In this document: positions 45,901-60,770 of the stretch, one piece after another
Numbering within the stretch: position 1 is the first letter of the stretch
Layout of the letters: each line of letters begins with the position of its first letter
Assembly (NCBI GenBank): GCA_053919585.1
Contig: CM132787.1
Length of the DNA stretch: 64,000 nucleotides
Direction: 5' to 3' (one strand)
Origin: Euprymna scolopes
Lineage: Eukaryota
Position numbers and translations under genes: made by a program
The notes under the pieces: generated by a model
Database searches by the model: none
What the model was told of the DNA's origin: nothing
The model's input: the letters and a program-made list of their open reading frames with translations, nothing else

Positions 45901-48165
45901 TATACTCATAAAAATGAATATTGGAATCTAGTGCTATACTAATAAAAATAAATATTGGAATGTAGTGCTATACTCATAAAAATAAATATTGGAATGTAGT
46001 GCTATACTCATAAAAATGAATATTGGAATCTAGTGCTATACTCAAAAAAATATATATTGGAATGCAGTGCTATACTCATAAAAATGAATATTGGAATCTA
46101 GTACTATTGTCAAAAACAAAATATTGGAATCTAGTGCTATACTCAAAAAAATGAATATTGGAATCTAATGCTATACTCATAAAAATTAATATTGGAATCT
46201 AGTGCTATACTCATAAAATCAATATTGGAATCTAGTGCTATACTCATAAAAAAGAATATTGGAAACTAGTGCTATACTCATAAAAATTAATATTTGTGTC
46301 TATTGCTATACTCATAAAAATGAATATTTGAATCTAGTGCTATACTCATAAAAATGAATATTAGAATCTAGTGCTATACTCATAAAAATGAATATTTGAA
46401 TCTAGTGCTATACTCATAAAAATGAATATTGGAATCTAGTGCTATACTCATGAAAATAAATATTGGAATCTAGTGCTATACTCATAAAAATGAATATTGG
46501 CATCTAGTGCTATACTCATAAAAATTAATATTGGAATCTAGTGCTATACTCATAAAAATAAATATTGGAATGTAGTGCTATACTCATAAAAATGAATATT
46601 GGAATCTAGTGCTATACTCATAAAAATAAATATTGGAATGCAGTGCTATACTCATAAAAATTAATATTGGAATCTAGTGCTATACTCATAAAAATGAATA
46701 TTGGAATCTAGTGCTATACTTATAAAAAAGAATATTGGAAACTAGTGCTATACTCATAAAAATTAATATTGGAATCTAGTGCTATACTCATAAAAATGAA
46801 TATTGGAATCTAGTGCCATACTCATAAAAATGAATATTGGAATCTAGTGCTATACTCATAAAAATGAATATTGGAATCTAGTGCTATACTCATAAAAATT
46901 AATATTGGAATCTAGTGCTATACTCATAAAAATTAATATTGGAATCAAATGCTATACTCATAAAAATTAATATTGGAATCTAGTGCTATACTCATACAAA
47001 TGAATATTGGAATCTAGTGCTATACTCATAAAAAAGAATATTGGAAACTAGTGCTATACCCATAAAAATGAATATTAGAATCTATTGCTATACTCAAAAA
47101 TAAATATTGGAATCTAGTGCTATACTCATAAAAATGAATATTAGAATCTAGCGCCATACTCATAAAAATGAATATTGGACTCTAGTGCTATACTCATAAA
47201 AATGAATATTGGAATCAAGTGTTATACTCATAAAAATGAATATTGGAATCTAGTGCTATACTCATAAAAAGGAATATTGGAATGTAGTGCTGTACTCATA
47301 AAAAAGAATATTGTGGACTAGTGCTATACTCATAAAAATGAATATTTGAATCTAGTGCTATACTCATAAAAATGAATAATGGAATCTAGTGCTATACTCA
47401 TAAAAATGAATATTGGAATCTAGTGCTATACTCATAAAAAGTAATATTGGAATCTAGTGCTATACTCATAAAAATGAATATTGGAATCTAGTGCTATACT
47501 CATAAAAATGAATATTGGCATCTAGTGCTATACTCATGAAAATGAATATTGGAATCTAGTGCTATACTCATAAAAATGAATATTGGAATGTAGTGCTATA
47601 CTCATATAAATGAATATTGGAATCTAGTGCTATACTCAACAAAATAAATATTGGAATCTAGTGCTATACTCATAAAAATGAATATTGAAATCTAGTGCTA
47701 TACTCATAAAAATTAATATTGGAATCTAGTGCTATACTCATAAAAATGAATATTGGAATCTAGTGCTATTGTCAAAAAAAAATATTGGAATCTAGTGCTA
47801 TACTCAAAAAAATGAATATTGGAATCTAGTGCTATACTCATAAAAATGAATATTGGAATCTAGTGCTATACTCATAAAAATGAATATTGGAATCTAGTGC
47901 TATACTCATAAAAATGAATATTAGAATCTAATGCTATACTCATAAAAATGAATATTGGAATCTAGTGCTATACTCAAAAAATGAATATTGGAATCTAGTG
48001 CTATACTCATAAAAAAGAATATTGGAAACTAGTGCTATACTCATAAAAATGAATATTTGTGTCTATGGCTATACTCATACAAATGAATATTTGAATCTAG
48101 TGCTATACTCATAAAAATGAATATTAGAATCTAGTGCTATACTCATAAAAATGAATATTGGAATC
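30985..48165. repeat. Large duplication inside the array: ~30985-38600 vs ~40250-48165 (offset 9.26-9.60 kb)
   Basis: Marker pairs: ACTATTAAAA 31041/40304, GGAGAC 32315/41747, ACTATTGTCAAAAAC 36501/46103, TGTGTCTATGG 38491/48058. Confidence 0.92.
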
Positions 48166-49934
48166 TAGTTCTATACTCCAAAAAGTAAATATTTGAATGT
48201 AGTGCTATACTCATAAAAAAGAATATTGGAAACTAGTGCTATACTCATAAAAATGAATATTGGAATCTATTGCTATACTCATAAAAATTAATATTGGAAT
48301 CTAGTGCTATACTCATAAAAATGAATATTGGAATCTAGTGCTATACTCATAAAAATGAATATTGGAATCTAGTGCTATACTCATAAAAATAAATATTGGA
48401 ATGCAGTGCTATACTCATAAAAATGAATATTGGAAACTAATGCTATACTCATAAAAATGAATATTTGTGTCTATTGATATACTCATAAAAATGAATATTT
48501 GAATCTAGTGCTATACTCATAAACATGAATATTAGAATCTAGTGCCATACTCATGAAAATGAATATTGGAATCTAGTGCTATACTCATAAAAATGAATAT
48601 TGGACTCTAGTGCTATACTCATGAAAATGAATATTGGAATCTAGTGCTATACTCATAAAAATGAATATTGGAATCTAGTTCTATACTCCAAAAAGTAAAT
48701 ATTGGAATGCAGTGCTATACTCATAAAAATGAATATTGGAATCTAGTGCTATGCTCAAAAAAATAAATATTAGAATCTAGTGCTATACTAAAAAAATGAA
48801 TATTTGAATCTAGTGCTATACTCATAAAAATGAATATTGGAATCTAGTGCTATACTCATAAAAATGAATATTGGAATCTAGTGCTATACTCATAAAAATG
48901 AATATTGGAATCTAGTGCTATACTCATAAAAATTAATATTGGAATCTAGTGCTATACTCATAAAAATAAATATCGGAATGCAGTGCTATACTCATAAAAA
49001 TGAATATTGGAATCTAGTGCTATACTCATAAAAAAGAATATTGGAAACTAGTGCTATACTCATAAAAATGAATATTGGAATCTAGTGATATACTCATAAA
49101 AATGAATATTGGAATCTAGTGCCATACTCATAAAAATGAATATTGGAATCTAGTGCTATACTCATAAAAATGAATATTGGAATCTAGTGCTATACTCATA
49201 AAAATAAATATTGGAATGCAGTGCTATACTCATAAAAATGAATATTGGAATCTGGTGCTATACTGATAAAAAGGAATATTGGAATCTAGTGCTATACTCA
49301 TAAAAAAGAATATTGTGGACTAGTGCTATACTCACAAAAATGAATATTTGAATCTATTGCTACACTTATAAAAATGAATATTGGAATCTAATGCTATACT
49401 CATAAAAATGAATATTGGAATCTAGTGCTATACTCAAAAAAATTATTATTGGAATGTAGTGCTATACTAAGAAAAATGAATATTGGAATCTAGTGCTATA
49501 CTAAAAAATAAATATTGGAATGTAGTGCTCTATACTCATAAAAATGAATATTGGAATCTAGTGCTATACTCATAAAAATGAATATTGGAATCTAGTGCTA
49601 TACTCATAAAAATGAATATTGGAATCTAGGGCTATACTCATAAAAATAAATATTGGAATGTAGTGCTATACTCATAAAGATGAATATTGGAATCTAGTGC
49701 TATATTCATAAAAATAAATATTGGAATGTAGTGCTATACTCATAAAAATAAATATTGGAATGTAGTGCTATACTCATAAAAATGAATATTGGAATCTAGT
49801 GCTATACTCATAAAAATGAATATTGGAATGTAGTGCTTTACTCATAAAAATCAATATTGGAATCTAGTGGGTTACTAAAAAAAATAAATATTGGAATCTA
49901 GTGCTATACTCAAAAAAAGAATAATGGAATCTAG

Positions 49935-52900
49935 TGCTATACTCATAAAAATGAATATTGGAATCTAGTACTATACTCATAAAAATGAATATTGGCATCT
50001 AGTGCTATACTCATAAAAATGAATATTGGAATCTAGTGCTATACTCAAAAAAATGAATATTGGAATCTAGTGCTCTTCTCATAAAAATGAATATTGGAAT
50101 CATGGGCTATACTCATAAAAATTAATATTGAAATCTAGTGCTATACTCATAAAAATAAATGTAGGAATCTTGTGCTATACTCATAAAAATGAATATTGGA
50201 ATCTAGTGCTATACTCATAAAAATTAATATTGGAATCTAGTGCTATACTCATAAAAATGAATATTTGAATCTAGTGCTATACTCATAAAAATGAATATTG
50301 GAATCTAGTGCTATACTGATAAAAAGGAATATTGGAATCTAGTGCTATACTCATAAAAAAGAACATTGTGGACTAGTGCTATACTCATAAAAATGTATAT
50401 TTGAATCTATTGCTATACTCATAAAAATGAATATTGGAATCTAGTGCTATACTCATAAAAATGAATATTGGAATCTAGTGCTATACTCATAAAAAAGAAT
50501 ATTGGAAACTAGTGCTATACTCATAAAAATGAATATTTGAATCTATTGCTATACTCAAAAATTAATATTGGAATCTAGTGCTATACTCATAAAAATTAAT
50601 ATTAGAATCTAGCGCCATACTCATAAAAATGAATATTGGAATCTAGTGCTATACTCATAAAAATGAATATTGGAATCTAGTGCTATACTCATAAAAATGA
50701 ATATTGGAATCTAGTGCTATACTCATAAAATTTAATATTGGAATCTTGTGCTATACTCATAAAAATGAATATTGGAATCTAGTGCTATACTCATAAAAAT
50801 TAATATTGGAATCTAGTGCTATACTCAAAAAAATTATTATTGGAATGTAGTGCTATACTAAGAAAAATGAATATTGGAATCTAGTGCTATACTAAAAAAT
50901 AAATATTGGAATGTAGTGCTATACTCATAAAAATTAATATTGGAATCTAGTGCTATACTCATAAAAATGAATATTGGAATCTAGTGCTATACTCATAAAA
51001 ATGAATATTGGAATCTAGGGCTATACTCATAAAAATAAATATTGGAATGTAGTGCTATACTCATAAAGATGAATATTGGAATCTAGTGCTATACTCATAA
51101 AAATAAATATTGGAATGTAGTGCTATACTCATAAAAATAAATATTGGCATGTAGTGCTATACTCATAAAAATGAATATTGGAATCTAGTGCTATACTCAT
51201 AAAAATTAATATTGGAATGTAGTGCTATACTCATAAAAATCAATATTGGAATCTAGTGCTATACTCAAAAAATAACTATTGGAATATAGTGCTATACTCA
51301 AAAAAAGAATAATGGAATCTAGTGCTATACTCATAAAAATGAATATTGGAATCTAGTACTATACTCATAAAAATGAATATTGGAATCTAGTGCTATACTC
51401 ATAAAAATGCATATTGGAATCTAGTGCTATACTCAAAAAAATAAATATTGGAATCTAGTGCTATACTCATAAAAATGAATATGGGAATCTAGGGCTATAC
51501 TCATAAAAATGAATATTGGAATCTAGTGCTATGCTCATAAAAATTAATATTGGAATCTTGTGCTATACTCATAAAAATGAATATTGGAATCTAGTGCTAT
51601 ACTCATAAAAATTAATATTGGAATCTAGTGCTATACTCATAAAAATTAATATTGGAATCTAGTGCTATACTGATAAAAAGGAATATTGGAATCTAGTGCT
51701 ATACTCATAAAAAAGAATATTGTGAACTAGTGCTATACTCATAAAAATGAATATTTGAATCTATTGCTATACTCATAAAAATGAAATATCGGAATCTAGT
51801 GCTATACTCACAAAAATGAATATTGGAATCTAGTGCTATACTCATAAAACAGAATATTGGAAACAAGTGCTATACTCATAAAAATGAATATTGGAATCTA
51901 GTACTATACTCATAAAAATGAATATTGGCATCTAGTGCTATACTCATAAAAATGAATATTGGAATCTAGTGCTATACTCAAAAAAATGAATATTGGAATC
52001 TAGTGCTCTTCTCATAAAAATGAATATTGGAATCATGGGCTATACTCATAAAAATTAATATTGAAATCTAGTGCTATACTCATAAAAATAAATGTAGGAA
52101 TCTTGTGCTATACTCATAAAAATGAATATTGGAATCTAGTGCTATACTCATAAAAATTAATATTGGAATCTAGTGCTATACTCATAAAAATGAATATTTG
52201 AATCTAGTGCTATACTCATAAAAATGAATATTGGAATCTAGTGCTATACTGATAAAAAGGAATATTGGAATCTAGTGCTATACTCATAAAAAAGAACATT
52301 GTGGACTAGTGCTATACTCATAAAAATGTATATTTGAATCTATTGCTATACTCATAAAAATGAATATTGGAATCTAGTGCTATACTCATAAAAATGAATA
52401 TTGGAATCTAGTGCTATACTCATAAAAAAGAATATTGGAAACTAGTGCTATACTCATAAAAATGAATATTTGAATCTATTGCTATACTCAAAAATTAATA
52501 TTGGAATCTAGTGCTATACTCATAAAAATTAATATTAGAATCTAGCGCCATACTCATAAAAATGAATATTGGAATCTAGTGCTATACTCATAAAAATGAA
52601 TATTGGAATCTAGTGCTATACTCATAAAAATGAATATTGGAATCTAGTGCTATACTCATAAAATTTAATATTGGAATCTTGTGCTATACTCATAAAAATG
52701 AATATTGGAATCTAGTGCTATACTCATAAAAATTAATATTGGAATCTAGTGCTATACTCAAAAAAATTATTATTGGAATGTAGTGCTATACTAAGAAAAA
52801 TGAATATTGGAATCTAGTGCTATACTAAAAAATAAATATTGGAATGTAGTGCTATACTCATAAAAATTAATATTGGAATCTAGTGCTATACTCATAAAAA

Positions 52901-53824
52901 TGAATATTGGAATCTAGTGCTATACTCATAAAAATGAATATTGGAATCTAGGGCTATACTCATAAAAATAAATATTGGAATGTAGTGCTATACTCATAAA
53001 GATGAATATTGGAATCTAGTGCTATACTCATAAAAATAAATATTGGAATGTAGTGCTATACTCATAAAAATAAATATTGGCATGTAGTGCTATACTCATA
53101 AAAATGAATATTGGAATCTAGTGCTATACTCATAAAAATTAATATTGGAATGTAGTGCTATACTCATAAAAATCAATATTGGAATCTAGTGCTATACTCA
53201 AAAAATAACTATTGGAATATAGTGCTATACTCAAAAAAAGAATAATGGAATCTAGTGCTATACTCATAAAAATGAATATTGGAATCTAGTACTATACTCA
53301 TAAAAATGAATATTGGAATCTAGTGCTATACTCATAAAAATGAATATTGGAATCTAGTGCTATACTCAAAAAAATAAATATTGGAATCTAGTGCTATACT
53401 CATAAAAATGAATATGGGAATCTAGGGCTATACTCATAAAAATGAATATTGGAATCTAGTGCTATGCTCATAAAAATTAATATTGGAATCTTGTGCTATA
53501 CTCATAAAAATGAATATTGGAATCTAGTGCTATACTCATAAAAATTAATATTGGAATCTAGTGCTATACTCATAAAAATTAATATTGGAATCTAGTGCTA
53601 TACTGATAAAAAGGAATATTGGAATCTAGTGCTATACTCATAAAAAAGAATATTGTGAACTAGTGCTATACTCATAAAAATGAATATTTGAATCTATTGC
53701 TATACTCATAAAAATGAAATATCGGAATCTAGTGCTATACTCACAAAAATGAATATTGGAATCTAGTGCTATACTCATAAAACAGAATATTGGAAACAAG
53801 TGCTATACTCATAAAAATGAATAT
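49935..53824. repeat. Near-identical tandem duplication, period 1933 bp (~57 monomers) x2
   Basis: TGCTCTTCTC at 50071/52004 and ATGAAATATCGG at 51781/53714. Confidence 0.92.
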
Positions 53825-55239
53825 TCGAATCTATTGCTATACTCAAAAATTAATATTGGAATCTAGTGCTATACTCATAAAAATTAATATTGGAATCTAG
53901 CGCCATACTCATAAAAATGAATATTGGAATCTAGTGCTATACTCATAAAAATGAATATTGGAATCTAGTGCTATACTCATAAAAATGAATATTGGTATCT
54001 AGTGCTATACTCATAAAATTGAATATTGGAATCTTGTGCTATACTCATAAAAATGAATATTGGAATCTAGTGCTATACTCATAAAAATAAATATTGGAAT
54101 GTAGTGCTATACTCATAAAAATTAATATTGGAATGTAGTGCTATACTCATAAAAATGAATATTGGAATCTAGTGCTATACTCAAAAAAATAAATATTGGA
54201 ATGCAGTCCTATACTCATAAAAATGAATATTGGAATCTAGTGCTATGCTCAAAAAAATAAATATTAGAATCTAGTGCTCTACTCAAAAACATGAATATTT
54301 GAATCTAGTGCTATACTCATAAAAATGAATATTGGAATCTAGTGCTATACTCATAAAAATGAATATTGGAATCTAGTGCTATACTCATAAAAATAAATAT
54401 TGGAATCTAGTGCTATACTCATAAAAATTAATATTGGAATCTAGTGCTATACTCATAAAAATAAATATTGGAATGCAGTGCTATACTCATAAAAATGAAT
54501 ATTGGAATCTAGTGCTATACTCATAAAAAAGAATATTGGAAACTAGTGATATACTCATAAAAATGAATATTGGAATCTAGTGCTATACTCATAAAAATTA
54601 ATATTGGAATCTAGTGCCATACTCAAAAAAATGAATATTGGAATCTAGTGCTATACTCATAAAAATGAATATTGGAATCTAGTGCTATACTCATAAAAAT
54701 AAATATTGGAATGCAGTTCTATACTCATAAAAATGAATATTGGAATCTAGTGCTATACTGATAAAAAGGAATATTTGAATCTAGTGCTATACTCATAAAA
54801 AAGAATATTGTGGACTAGTGCTATACTCATAAAAATGAATATTTGAATCTAGTGCTATACTCATGAAAAAGAATATTGGAATCTAGTGCTATACTCATAA
54901 AAATTAATATTGGAATCTAGTGCTATACTCATAAAAATGAATATTGGAATCTAGTGCTTTACTCATAAAAATGAATATTGGAATCTAGTGCTATACTTAT
55001 AAAAATGAATATTGGAATCTAGTGCTATACTCATAAAAATGAATATTGGAATCTAGTGCTATACTCAAAAAAATGAATATTGGAATGTAGTGCTATACTA
55101 ATAAAAATCAATATTGGAATCTAGTGCTATACTAAAAAATAAATATTGGAATGTAGTGCTATACTCATAAAAATGAATATTGGAATCTAGTGCTATACTC
55201 ATAAAAATGAATATTTGAATCTAGTGCTATACTCATAAA

Positions 55240-58200
55240 AATGAATATTGGAATCTAGGGCTATACTCATAAAAATAAATATTGGAAACTAGTGCTATAC
55301 TCATAAAAATCAATATTGGAATCTAGTGCTATACTCAAAAAAATAACTATTGGAATCTAGTGCTATACTCAAAAAAAGAATAATGGAATCTAGTGCTATA
55401 CTCATAAAAATGAATATTGGAATCTAGTACTATACTCATAAAAATGAATATTGCATCTTGTGCTATACTCATAAAAATGAATATTGGAATTTAGTGCTAT
55501 ACTCAAAAAAATAAATATTGGAATCTAGTGCTATACTCATAAAAATGAATATTGGAATCTAGGGCTATACTCATAAAAATGAATATTGAAATCTAGTGCT
55601 ATGCTCATAAAAATTAATATTGGAATCTTGTGCTATACTCATAAAAATGAATATTGGAATCTAGTGCTATACTCATAAAAATTAATATTGGAATCTAGTG
55701 CTATACTCATAAAAATTAATATTGGAATCTAGTGCTATACTCATAAAAATGAATATTGGAATCTAGTGCTATACTGATAAAAAGGAATATTGGAATCTAG
55801 TGCTATACTCATAAAAAAGAATATTGTGGACTTGTGCTATACTCATAAAAATGAATATTTGAATCTATTGCTATACTCATAAAAATGAATATTGCAATCT
55901 AGTGCTATACTCATAAAAATGAATATTGGAATCTAGTGCTATACTCATAAAAATTAATATTGGAATCTAGTGCTTTACTCATAAAAATGAATATTGGTAT
56001 CTTGTGCTATACTTATAAAAATGAATATTGGAATCTAGTGCTATACTAATAAAAATGAATATTGGAATCTAGTGCTATACTCAAAAAAATAAATATTGGA
56101 ATGTAGTGCTATACTCATAAAAATGAATATTGGAATCTAGTGCTATACTAAAAAATTAATATTGGAATGTAGTGCTATACTCATAAAAATGAATATTGGA
56201 ATCTAGTGCTATACTCATAAAAATGAATATTGGAATCTAGTGCTATACTCATAAAAATGAATATTGGAATGTAGGGCTATACTCATAAAAATAAATATTG
56301 GAATCTAGTGCTATACTCATAAAGATGAATATTGGAATCTAGTGCTATACTCATAAAAATTAATATTGGAATGTAGTGCTATACTCATAAAAATAAATAT
56401 TGGAATGTAGTGCTATACTCATAAAAATGAATATTGGAATCTAGTGCTATACTCATAAAACTGAATATTGGAATGTAGTGCTATACTCATAAAAATGAAT
56501 ATTGGAATCTAGTGCGATACTCAAAAAAAAAAATTTGGAATCTAGTGCTATACTCAAAAAAAGAATAATGGAATCTAGTGCTATACTCATAAAAATGAAT
56601 ATTGGAATCTAGTACTATACTCATAAAAATGAATATTGGAATCTATAGCTATACTCATAAAAATGAATATTGGAATCTAGTGCTATACTCAATAAAATAA
56701 ATATTGGAATCTAGTGCTATACTCATAAAAATGAATATTGGAATCTAGTGCTATACTCATAAAAATTAATATTGAAATCTAGTGCTATGCTCATAAAAAT
56801 TAATATTGGAATCTAGTGCTATACTCATAAAAATGAATATTGGAATCTAGTGCTATACTCATAAAAATTAATATTGGAATCTAGTGCTATACTCATAAAA
56901 ATGAATATTGGAATCTAGGGCTATACTCATAAAAATAAATATTGGAATGTAGTGCTATACTCATAAAAATCAATATTGGAATCTAGTGCTATACTCAAAA
57001 AAATAACTATTGGAATCTTGTGCTATACTCAAAAAAAGAATAATGGAATCATGTGCTATACTCATAAAAATGAATATTGGAATCTAGTACTATACTCATA
57101 AAAATGAATATTGCATCTTGTGCTATACTCATAAAAATGAATATTGGAATTTAGTGCTATACTCAAAAAAATAAATATTGGAATCTAGTGCTATACTCAT
57201 AAAAATGAATATTGGAATCTAGGGCTATACTCATAAAAATGAATATTGAAATCTAGTGCTATGCTCATAAAAATTAATATTGGAATCTTGTGCTATACTC
57301 ATAAAAATGAATATTGGAATCTAGTGCTATACTCATAAAAATTAATATTGGAATCTAGTGCTATACTCATAAAAATTAATATTGGAATCTAGTGCTATAC
57401 TCATAAAAATGAATATTGGAATCTAGTGCTATACTGATAAAAAGGAATATTGGAATCTAGTGCTATACTCATAAAAATGAATATTGTGGACTTGTGCTAT
57501 ACTCATAAAAATGAATATTTGAATCTATTGCTATACTCATAAAAATGAATATTGCAATCTAGTGCTATACTCATAAAAAATGAATATTGGAATCTAGTGC
57601 TATACTCATAAAAATTAATATTGGAATCTAGTGCTTTACTCATAAAAATGAATATTGGAATCTTGTGCTATACTTATAAAAATGAATATTGGAATCTAGT
57701 GCTATACTCATAAAAATGAATATTGGAATCTAGTGCTATACTCAAAAAAATAAATATTGGAATGTAGTGCTATACTCATAAAAATGAATATTGGAATCTA
57801 GTGCTATACTAAAAAATTAATATTGGAATGTAGTGCTATACTCATAAAAATGAATATTGGAATCTAGTGCTATACTCATAAAAATGAATATTGGAATCTA
57901 GTGCTATACTCATAAAAATGAATATTGGAATGTAGGGCTATACTCATAAAAATAAATATTGGAATCTAGTGCTATACTCATAAAGATGAATATTGGAATC
58001 TAGTGCTATACTCATAAAAATAAATATTGGAATGTAGTGCTATACTCATAAAAATAAATATTGGAATGTAGTGCTATACTCATAAAAATGAATATTGGAA
58101 TCTAGTGCTATACTCATAAAACTGAATATTGGAATGTAGTGCTATACTCATAAAAATGAATATTGGAATCTAGTGCTATACTCAAAAAAAAAATTTGGAA

Positions 58201-60230
58201 TCTAGTGCTATACTCAAAAAAAGAATAATGGAATCTAGTGCTATACTCATAAAAATGAATATTGGAATCTAGTACTATACTCATAAAAATGAATATTGGA
58301 ATCTAGTGCTATACTCATAAAAATGAATATTGGAATCTAGTGCTATACTCAATAAAATAAATATTGGAATCTAGTGCTATACTCATAAAAATGCATATTG
58401 GAATCTAGTGCTATACTCATAAAAATTAATATTGAAATCTAGTGCTATGCTCATAAAAATTAATATTGGAATCTAGTGCTATACTCATAAAAATGAATAT
58501 TGGAATCTAGTGCTATACTCATAAAAATTAATATTGGAATCTAGTGCTATACTCATAAAAATGAATATTGGAATCTAGGGCTATACTCATAAAAATAAAT
58601 ATTGGAGTGTAGTGCTATACTCATAAAAATCAATATTGGAATCTAGTGCTATACTCAAAAAATAACTATTGGAATCTTGTGCTATACTCAAAAAAAGAAT
58701 AATGGAATCTAGTGCTATACTCATAAAAATGAATATTGGAATCTAGTACTATACTCATAAAAATGAATATTGAATCTTGTGCTATACTCATAAAAATGAA
58801 TATTGGAATTTAGTGCTATACTCAAAAAAATAAATATTGGAATCTAGTGCTATACTCATAAAAATGAATATTGGAATCTAGGGCTATACTCATAAAAATG
58901 AATATTGAAATCTAGTGCTATGCTCATAAAAATTAATATTGGAATCTTGTGCTATACTCATAAAAATGAATATTGGAATCTAGTGCTATACTCATAAAAA
59001 TTAATATTGGAATCTAGTGCTATACTCATAAAAATTAATATTGGAATCTAGTGCTATACTCATAAAAATGAATATTGGAATCTAGTGCTATACTGATAAA
59101 AAGGAATATTGGAATCTAGTGCTATACTCATAAAAAAGAATATTGTGGACTTGTGCTATACTCATAAAAATGAATATTTGAATCTATTGCTATACTCATA
59201 AAAATGAATATTGCAATCTAGTGCTATACTCATAAAAATGAATATTGGAATCTAGTGCTATACTCATAAAAATTAATATTGGAATCTAGTGCTTTACTCA
59301 TAAAAATGAATATTGGAATCTTGTGCTATACTTATAAAAATGAATATTGGAATCTAGTGCTATACTCATAAAAATGAATATTGGAATCTAGTGCTATACT
59401 CAAAAAAATAAATATTGGAATGTAGTGCTATACTCATAAAAATGAATATTGGAATCTAGTGCTATACTAAAAAATTAATATTGGAATGTAGTGCTATACT
59501 CATAAAAATGAATGTTGGAATCTAGTGCTATACTCATAAAAATGAATATTGGAATCTAGTGCTATACTCATAAAAATGAATATTGGAATGTAGGGCTATA
59601 CTCATAAAAATAAATATTGGAATCTAGTGCTATACTCATAAAGATGAATATTGGAATCTAGTGCTATACTCATAAAAATAAATATTGGAATGTAGTGCTT
59701 TACTCATAAAAATAAATATTGGAATGTAGTGCTATACTCATAAAAATGAATATTGGAATCTAGTGCTATACTCATAAAACTGAATATTGGAATGTAGTGC
59801 TATACTCATAAAAATGAATATTGGAATCTAGTGCTATACTCAAAAAAATAAATATTGGAATCTAGTGCTATACTCAAAAAAAGAATAATGGAATCTAGTG
59901 CTATACTCATAAAAATGAATATTGGAATCTAGTACTATACTCATAAAAATGAATATTGGAATCTATAGCTATACTCATAAAAATGAATATTGGAATCTAG
60001 TGCTATACTCAATAAAATAAATATTGGAATCTAGTGCTATACTCATAAAAATGAATATTGGAATCTAGTGCTATACTCATAAAAATTAATATTGAAATCT
60101 AGTGCTATGCTCATAAAAATTAATATTGGAATCTAGTGCTATACTCATAAAAATGAATATTGGAATCTAGTGCTATACTCATAAAAATTAATATTGGAAT
60201 CTAGTGCTATACTCATAAAAATGAATATTG
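55240..60230. repeat. Three-copy higher-order repeat, period ~1660 bp (~49 monomers)
   Basis: GGACTTGTG at 55828/57488/59147 and AATAAAATAA at 56691/58351/60011. Confidence 0.92.
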
Positions 60231-60770
60231 GAATCTAGTGCTATACTCATAAAAATTAATATTGGAATCTAGTGCTATACTCATGAAAATAAGTATGGGA
60301 GTCTAGTGCTATACTCATAAAAATGAATATTGGAATCTAGTGCTATACTCAAAAAAATAAATATTGGAATCTAGTGCTATACTCAAAAAAAGAATATTGG
60401 AATCTAGTGCTATACTCAAAAAAATTAATATTGGAATCTAGTACTATACTCATAAAAATGAATATTGGAATCTAGTGATATACTCATAAAAATGAATATT
60501 GGAATCTAGTGCTATACTCAAAAAAATAAATATTGGAATCTTGTGCTATACTCATAAAAATGAATATTGGAATCTAGTGCTATACTCATAAAAATTAATA
60601 TTGAAATCTAGTGCTATGCTCATAAAAATTAATATTGGAATCTAGTGCTATACTCATAAAAATGAATATTGGAATGTAGTGCTATACTCATAAAAATGAA
60701 TATTGGAATCTAGTGCTATACTCAAAAAAATTAATATTGAAATCTAGTGCCATACTCATAAAAATGAATA

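Larger units (their letters stand above)
1..60770. repeat. 34-bp AT-rich satellite DNA array (consensus GGAATCTAGTGCTATACTCATAAAAATGAATATT), head-to-tail, one orientation, continues beyond the left edge
   Basis: Period read directly (GCTAT at 6 and 40). The monomer recurs with no intervening unique sequence and no strand switch seen, up to ...CATAAAAATGAATA at 60770. Variation is point substitutions plus A-tract length changes. Confidence 0.99.

Noticed and set aside
1-60770. CRISPR array (34-bp, partly palindromic repeats)
   Set aside because: Repeats are directly head-to-tail with no unique spacers. There are no cas genes or leader, and the flank is eukaryote-like.
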